Source of the DNA: Methanobacteriota archaeon
GTDB taxonomy: Archaea > Thermoplasmatota > Poseidoniia > Poseidoniales > Thalassarchaeaceae
Assembly (NCBI GenBank): GCA_028355015.1
Contig: JAOMRN010000003.1
Location: 48,142 to 112,141, forward strand
Direction of reading: 5' to 3'
DNA: 64,000 nt
Every line of letters starts with the position of its first letter. Positions within the stretch are counted from its first letter, which is position 1. Position numbers and translations under genes: made by a program. Positions 59,131-64,000 of this stretch are shown piece after piece. A model generated the notes under the pieces. It searched no databases and was not told the DNA's origin. It was given only the letters and a program-made list of their open reading frames with translations.

Positions 59131-61086
59131 GTGTCTGAAAATTCGTTATTAAAAATTCAAAATCTCAAAGTCCATTTCGACACACTTGAAGGCCCAGTTG
59201 AGGCTTTACATGATGTAAATCTTGAAGTTAAAAAGGGTCAAATAATGGGTGTCGTAGGGGAATCAGGATGTGGTAAGTCGGTTACCTCATTGACCAGTAT
59301 TGGATTAGCCACTTGTATCGTTGATGAAGGAAGTATCAAGTATGATGGTAAGGAAATGATTTTTCATGAAAGTGATAAAAATAATTCTCTTGTATTTCTT
59401 AGTAACATATTACCCTACATCGCAGTTTTAATTTTCTTCCCTGTAGGTTTTGTTTATCTAATGCCTTTTATGAATGATCCACTACTAGGTTTCCAAATCA
59501 TAATGTTAGGCTTTGGATTGATTATTATTTCTCTTATTATCAAATATTTTATTTACTCCGATTTAAGAGAACATGAGAAATTTATGAGATTTATTAGAGG
59601 TAATGAAATAAGTATGATTTTCCAAGAGCCAATGACTGCGTTAAACCCCCTATACACAGTTGAAAAGCAGATTTATGAGGTTATGAAGACCCATAACCGT
59701 TTAGTAGACTCTAGATTATCTCAATATGATAGAATTTTTTCTTCATTAAAGTCCCCATTTAGATTTATGTATAATTGGATTTTATCTGATCGTTTTTCAT
59801 CAATATTTTTCTTAATTCTTCTATTAACTTATCTTATAACTTCATGTATGGGACCAAACCTAATTTCTTCATGGGGGACTCGCTTTGCCGTAATATTCTA
59901 CGCTTCTGCCGAGGTATCAATATCATGCACTAATTATACGGATGAATTAATTTCTTATTGCTTTTTATTGATTCCTTTTGGTATACTAAGAGCCTCAATA
60001 AAATCCTCGATGGATAGAAAAGAAGACTTCAGAAAGATGTTGGTGTCAATTCCATATGTATCTGTCATATTATTATTGATTCTATGGTATGATAGTAGTC
60101 TTTTTTTGGGTGATTTATGGCATGAAGAATTAGAAATTTCTGACAACAATTGGGTCCATTCGGCGTTTATGATTGCTTTCTATTTCCCTATCATTTCATC
60201 ACTCTTTGTTGATTTCTCTAGGCTTGAAGAAGTTCATAGATTTTTGATAATTAGATCAATACCTTTTACATTTACTCTAGCACTAACTTATGCAATACTT
60301 CTGTGGACTCCTAATCAGGTCGTTGGAACCATCGTTGCTTTGGTGATGGTAATATCGATACCAGGTATGATATTGATTGATTACTTACAACTTGACCCTG
60401 CTCATAGAGGACAAGTAGTAAAGATTCTTGAAGATGTCCAGATACCTAATCCTGGGGCGGTTATTACAATGTATCCTCATGAGTTATCTGGAGGGATGCG
60501 TCAAAGAGTTATGATTGCTATGATGATGTCCTGTGAGCCCAAATTACTGATTGCAGATGAACCAACTACTGCACTTGATGTCACGATACAGGCTCAAATT
60601 CTTCACTTAATGCGTGATCTTCGAGATAGAAAGGGCACTTCGATAATGCTGATTACTCATGACCTTGGAGTTATAGCTGAATTATGCGACTCAGTATCAG
60701 TGATGTATGCGGGATCAGTTGTTGAGACAGGAACTATTGAAGACATACTTGCAAATCCAAGGATGCCATATACAATCGGACTTCTACATAGTATACCCAA
60801 GATTGTACACTCGGATGAACGCGAGGGGCGCACAAGTCTCCCGATAATTCCTGGTCAAGTTCCAGATCCAAATACTCACTTTGACGGTTGCCGTTTCCAT
60901 CCAAGATGTCCATTTGCAGACGATCTCTGTCGCTCAATTAGGCCAGAAATGATTGAAGTTAGCGAAGGGCATTATGCTGCTTGCCATCATACTGATTTAA
61001 CTATCATTTCTGAAGATGTAGAGTCTTCTTTTGATATATTTTCTAAGGAATTCGAAGGCGTGGGAGGTGAGGTAATTGTCAGATAG
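59131..61086 (+). CDS. oppD: Oligopeptide ABC ATP-binding protein OppD-like (651 aa). Two hydrophobic insertions inside the NBD
   Basis: GTG start. Walker A GESGCGKS ... ISMIFQEPMTALNP ... YPHELSGGMRQRVMIA ... Walker B LLIADEPTTALD, plus the oligopeptide C-terminal domain. ~72-aa and ~230-aa hydrophobic inserts. Confidence 0.8.
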   Translation: MSENSLLKIQNLKVHFDTLEGPVEALHDVNLEVKKGQIMGVVGESGCGKSVTSLTSIGLATCIVDEGSIKYDGKEMIFHESDKNNSLVFLSNILPYIAVLIFFPVGFVYLMPFMNDPLLGFQIIMLGFGLIIISLIIKYFIYSDLREHEKFMRFIRGNEISMIFQEPMTALNPLYTVEKQIYEVMKTHNRLVDSRLSQYDRIFSSLKSPFRFMYNWILSDRFSSIFFLILLLTYLITSCMGPNLISSWGTRFAVIFYASAEVSISCTNYTDELISYCFLLIPFGILRASIKSSMDRKEDFRKMLVSIPYVSVILLLILWYDSSLFLGDLWHEELEISDNNWVHSAFMIAFYFPIISSLFVDFSRLEEVHRFLIIRSIPFTFTLALTYAILLWTPNQVVGTIVALVMVISIPGMILIDYLQLDPAHRGQVVKILEDVQIPNPGAVITMYPHELSGGMRQRVMIAMMMSCEPKLLIADEPTTALDVTIQAQILHLMRDLRDRKGTSIMLITHDLGVIAELCDSVSVMYAGSVVETGTIEDILANPRMPYTIGLLHSIPKIVHSDEREGRTSLPIIPGQVPDPNTHFDGCRFHPRCPFADDLCRSIRPEMIEVSEGHYAACHHTDLTIISEDVESSFDIFSKEFEGVGGEVIVR

Positions 61087-62137
61087 GGAAACTTTAATCG
61101 AACTAAATGAAGTCAAAAAATGGTTTCCTATCAAGTCTGGTTTATTATCTCCTGTGAAGAATTTTGTCCATGCAGTTGATGGAGTAAGTCTTGTTGTAGA
61201 TAAAGGAGAAACATTGGGTATTGTTGGAGAGTCTGGTTGCGGAAAAACTACACTTGGTAGACTTATTTTAAGCCTCATACCAATTACATCAGGCTCAATA
61301 ATTTATGATGGTGTTGAATTAAGAAAAATGAAAAATAAAGATATCAGGAGAAAAATGCAGATAGTTTTCCAAGATCCCGGCGGTTCAATGAATCCCCGTA
61401 TGACCGTCAGATCAATAATTTCAGAACCTTTGATCGTCAATGGTTATTCTGATGGTGCTGAAATGACTAAAAAAGTAGGTGATTTATTAGAATCCGTTGG
61501 TTTGAAGAGGAATCATATGACTAGATTCCCTCATGAATTCTCAGGTGGTCAAAAACAGAGAGTTGCTTTAGCTAGGGCTCTAGCACTTGAACCAGATTTC
61601 ATCCTTCTAGATGAACCAACTAGCGCATTAGATGTTTCAGTTCAGGCCCAAGTGCTAAATTTATTAGATGAGATCCAGAGAGAAAGAGGTCTAACATTTG
61701 TTTTCATAACCCATTCTTTGAATGTAGTACATCATATTTCAGATAGAGTTGCAGTCATGTATCTTGGAAAGATAGTCGAACTAGCAGAAACTGATAATTT
61801 ATTTGAAAGCCCTGCTCACCCCTATACTCATGCTCTTCTTTCGGCTATCCCTGAACCAACAGTTGGTCAAGATAGAAATGAAAGGATAGTTCTAAGCGGA
61901 GATGTTCCGAGTCCTGCAGATCCGCCTTCAGGATGTCGTTTCCATACAAGGTGCCCAATAGCCAAGATCGGCGTTTGTGATGTAGATGAACCAGAATTAG
62001 TGAATATTAATTCGGGACATAAAGTAGCATGTCATTTCCCCTTGGCTCCCGGTGAAAAATTACCTTTGATTAACAATGGCATCCCATATGGTATTCACCC
62101 CCAGTCTTCAACTAACGCCTCTGATCAAGAGTCCTAA
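61076..62137 (+). CDS. oppF: oligopeptide ABC ATP-binding protein OppF-like (canonical size)
   Basis: GESGCGKTT, FSGGQKQRVALARAL, ILLDEPTSALD, C-terminal CRFHTRCP. TTG start. Confidence 0.85.
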   Translation: MSDRETLIELNEVKKWFPIKSGLLSPVKNFVHAVDGVSLVVDKGETLGIVGESGCGKTTLGRLILSLIPITSGSIIYDGVELRKMKNKDIRRKMQIVFQDPGGSMNPRMTVRSIISEPLIVNGYSDGAEMTKKVGDLLESVGLKRNHMTRFPHEFSGGQKQRVALARALALEPDFILLDEPTSALDVSVQAQVLNLLDEIQRERGLTFVFITHSLNVVHHISDRVAVMYLGKIVELAETDNLFESPAHPYTHALLSAIPEPTVGQDRNERIVLSGDVPSPADPPSGCRFHTRCPIAKIGVCDVDEPELVNINSGHKVACHFPLAPGEKLPLINNGIPYGIHPQSSTNASDQES

Positions 62138-62225
62138 AAAGATTAGAGTTAAACATCTCTGTGTACAAAGCAGATTGAAATTTACTCCTAGATTAGTCTA
62201 TGGCTTCAAACCATCCCGCCATGGT

Positions 62226-62579
62226 ATGGAGGGTCCCGAAGAGACATCTAATTCAGTCGATTTTATAGATAAGAAATCTCAGCAAGAAGAGTCTCTTTGG
62301 AGAATTAAAAAGGCATCCGATTTAAGGAGGCACAAAAGAGTTCAATCTATTGTTGGTCAACAGTTTGAAGGTTGGAAAGTCACATTAGGACGTCCATTGT
62401 ACCTTATTTTTTGTATACTATTTGATGGGCTAATATTAACTGAAATCCCAATTCGTTTAGGCAGAACTGTCCCTTCATGGATTTTATTTGGAGTAATATT
62501 AGGTTATGTCATAATGCTCCAGAAGCAATATTATGACCAATGGTTTGATGTCGATTTAACTGGTTTAGATATGAATTAA
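62226..62579 (+). CDS. small membrane protein, hypothetical
   Basis: The track ORF starts inside oppF (62076); the internal ATG at 62226 avoids the overlap. Two C-terminal TM helices. Confidence 0.3.
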   Translation: MEGPEETSNSVDFIDKKSQQEESLWRIKKASDLRRHKRVQSIVGQQFEGWKVTLGRPLYLIFCILFDGLILTEIPIRLGRTVPSWILFGVILGYVIMLQKQYYDQWFDVDLTGLDMN

Positions 62580-62597
62580 GGTTAATACTCCAAATTT

Positions 62598-62686
62598 CAA
62601 AATATTCATTTGCCTGTTCTAGGATTTAAAAAACATTAACTAATAATTCATTTGCACATTTTTCAATAGTTAAAATATTCATTTGA
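62598..62686 (+). promoter_or_regulatory. three direct repeats of ATTCATTTG (62604, 62646, 62677) upstream of the GSII gene
   Basis: Repeats read directly; spacings are 42 and 31 bp (about 4 and 3 helical turns). Putative TATA CATATAATAAAC sits ~30 nt before the ATG at 62783. Confidence 0.4.
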
Positions 62687-62782
62687 ACAATTATCTCTAA
62701 TTTGAATGGGTATTAGTTCTAATATGTGCTCGATAACTTTCCAATCGAACATATAATAAACCTCATTGTCAGACGGTAACTT

Positions 62783-63793
62783 ATGGCAGATAAAGCAAAA
62801 TTAGAGTACATATGGCTAGACGGATATAATCCTACACAGAATATGAGGAGTAAAACAATGGTGAGAAATAATTTTTCGGGCAAACTTGAAGATTGCCCTA
62901 TTTGGAATTTCGATGGTAGTTCTACCAAGCAAGCAGAAGGTGGTTCGTCAGACTGTTTATTGAAGCCGGTTGCAATATTTCCAGATCCAATGAGAGATAA
63001 TGGATATCTGGTTATGACTGAGGTCTTGAATCCCGATTCTACACCACATGTATCTAATGGTAGGGCAACAATCGATGATAATGATAATGATTTTTGGTTC
63101 GGCTTTGAACAAGAATATTTCATTATGGATGTGGAAACTCAACTACCGTTAGGCTTCCCATTAGGTGGATACCCTGGGCCTCAGGGTCTCTATTATTGCT
63201 CAGTTGGGGGTAAAAATACACATGGCCGAGCATTTGTAGAAGAGCATGCTGATTTATGTATTGCAGCAGGTATAAATTTCGAAGGAATCAATCAAGAAGT
63301 TGCATGTGGGCAGTGGGAATTCCAATTATTTGCTAAAGGAGCTAAAGCAGCTGGAGATGAATTATGGGTTGCTCGATATCTTTTAGATAGACTAACGGAA
63401 AATTATGGATATTATATTGAATATCATCCTAAACCAATAAAGGGCGATTGGAATGGATCGGGTATGCATGCTAATTTTTCAGATGCGAAATTACGTGATA
63501 GTGGAGACGAAGCAGTATTCCATAAAGTATGCAAAGCATTTGGCGAAAATATCAAGAGGCATATGGATGTTTACGGTGCTCATAATGAATTACGTCTTAC
63601 TGGGCTTCATGAAACACAATCTATTGATCAATTCTCTTACGGAGTTTCAGATAGAGGGGCTTCAATCAGAATCCCTATTACAACAGTAGAAGATGGCTGG
63701 AAAGGGCGCCTTGAAGACAGACGCCCTGCATCTAATGGGGACCCTTACAAGATTGCCTCAGCCATAGTTAAAACTACAAAATCTACGTATTGA
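62783..63793 (+). CDS. glnA: glutamine synthetase, type II (eukaryote-like GSII)
   Basis: EYIWLDG...MRSKT, FGFEQEYF, YYCSVGG, CGQWEFQ, LWVARYLL, PKPIKGDWNGSGMHANFS. These match GSII signatures, not GSI. Confidence 0.8.
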   Translation: MADKAKLEYIWLDGYNPTQNMRSKTMVRNNFSGKLEDCPIWNFDGSSTKQAEGGSSDCLLKPVAIFPDPMRDNGYLVMTEVLNPDSTPHVSNGRATIDDNDNDFWFGFEQEYFIMDVETQLPLGFPLGGYPGPQGLYYCSVGGKNTHGRAFVEEHADLCIAAGINFEGINQEVACGQWEFQLFAKGAKAAGDELWVARYLLDRLTENYGYYIEYHPKPIKGDWNGSGMHANFSDAKLRDSGDEAVFHKVCKAFGENIKRHMDVYGAHNELRLTGLHETQSIDQFSYGVSDRGASIRIPITTVEDGWKGRLEDRRPASNGDPYKIASAIVKTTKSTY

Positions 63794-64000
63794 TTTTTAA
63801 TAATCTAACTACTTCATCGGCACAACCCCAAGATAGAGTAACTCCTGCTCCTCCGTGGCCATAATTATGAATTATAATTTTGTTACTAATGATTTCTTTT
63901 TCCAGTCTAAGTTCATAACGTGATGGCCTTAAACCAACAGCTACCCCTATGATTTTGTTTCGATCTAATTCCGGCCATAATGCTTCACATTTGGAAAGAA
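63783..64000 (-). CDS. FAD-dependent oxidoreductase of the DAO/glycine-oxidase (ThiO-like) family, C-terminal fragment (gene continues beyond the window)
   Basis: C-terminus ...IIIHNYGHGGAGVTLSWGCADEVVRLL. Stop TAG overlaps the glnA 3' end by 11 nt. Confidence 0.5.
   Translation of the reverse strand, partial: LSKCEALWPELDRNKIIGVAVGLRPSRYELRLEKEIISNKIIIHNYGHGGAGVTLSWGCADEVVRLLKINT

Noticed and set aside
59340-60400. Could the OppD insertions be inteins or an inserted mobile gene?
   Set aside because: There is no Cys/Ser/Thr at the N-junction, no His-Asn at the C-junction and no endonuclease motifs. The inserts are hydrophobic helices kept in frame with the host protein, so this is not an intein or an IS element.
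62076-62225. N-terminal 50 codons of the track ORF 62076..62579
   Set aside because: This stretch lies inside the oppF coding sequence in another frame. Only the part from the ATG at 62226 is kept, at low confidence.
62719-63123. 134-aa minus-strand ORF
   Set aside because: It overlaps the strongly supported GSII gene and its promoter repeats. It is a shadow ORF.
1-64000. CRISPR arrays, rRNA, transposases/integrases, prophage
   Set aside because: No regularly spaced repeats, no rRNA-like GC-rich non-coding stretch and no recombinase motifs were seen. The longest non-coding gaps are under 330 bp.

Overview
This is a gene-dense, AT-rich archaeal chromosomal segment of about 60 genes, with no rRNA, CRISPR array, transposase or integrase. 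The archaeal assignment rests on archaeal-type markers. A duplicated-repeat TATA-box-binding protein, the tRNA-guanine transglycosylase that makes archaeosine (ArcTGT, with a PUA domain), an archaeal-type triose-phosphate isomerase, the archaeal NMN adenylyltransferase, a CTP-type riboflavin kinase, ABCE1, a DRG GTPase and a ribosomal protein L41e-like micro-ORF are all present. The gene content suggests a planktonic Thermoplasmatota / Marine-Group-II-like organism; that placement is inference, not a database result.

Main blocks:
- Information processing: tbp, cysS, ileS, ArcTGT, truA, a SpoU methyltransferase, ABCE1, DRG, grpE, L41e, tRNA-Arg(TCT) and tRNA-Ala(GGC).
- Central metabolism: citrate synthase, sucCD, tpiA, a KBL/BioF-family enzyme, and a eukaryote-type glutamine synthetase (GSII).
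- Isoprenoid genes: mevalonate kinase, a fused aconitase-X, and two tandem squalene/phytoene-synthase paralogs.
- Cofactor genes: nadE, nadM, ribK.
- Transport: a tandem pair of ABC-2 exporters, a complete Opp/Dpp-type peptide ABC importer (oppABCDF), an MFS (UMF1/Atg22) transporter, a 6TM K+ channel and TatC.

The most unusual thing I see is in the Opp locus. OppC and especially OppD carry long in-frame insertions rich in transmembrane helices inside otherwise canonical permease and nucleotide-binding domains. OppD has about 8 predicted membrane helices inside an ABC ATPase; OppF is normal.

Other observations worth follow-up:
- A two-cysteine N-terminal motif shared by the OppA lipoprotein and an unrelated 700-aa lipoprotein.
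- A TBP with an acidic ~55-aa insertion in its second repeat.
- A membrane HdrD-like Fe-S protein next to two gamma-glutamyl hydrolase paralogs and cysS.
- Phased direct repeats upstream of the GSII gene.
- An unannotated L41e micro-ORF beside tRNA-Arg.
- Two perfect GC-rich palindromes in AT-rich intergenic DNA.

Non-ATG starts in the ORF track (TTG/GTG shown as M) were re-examined where possible.
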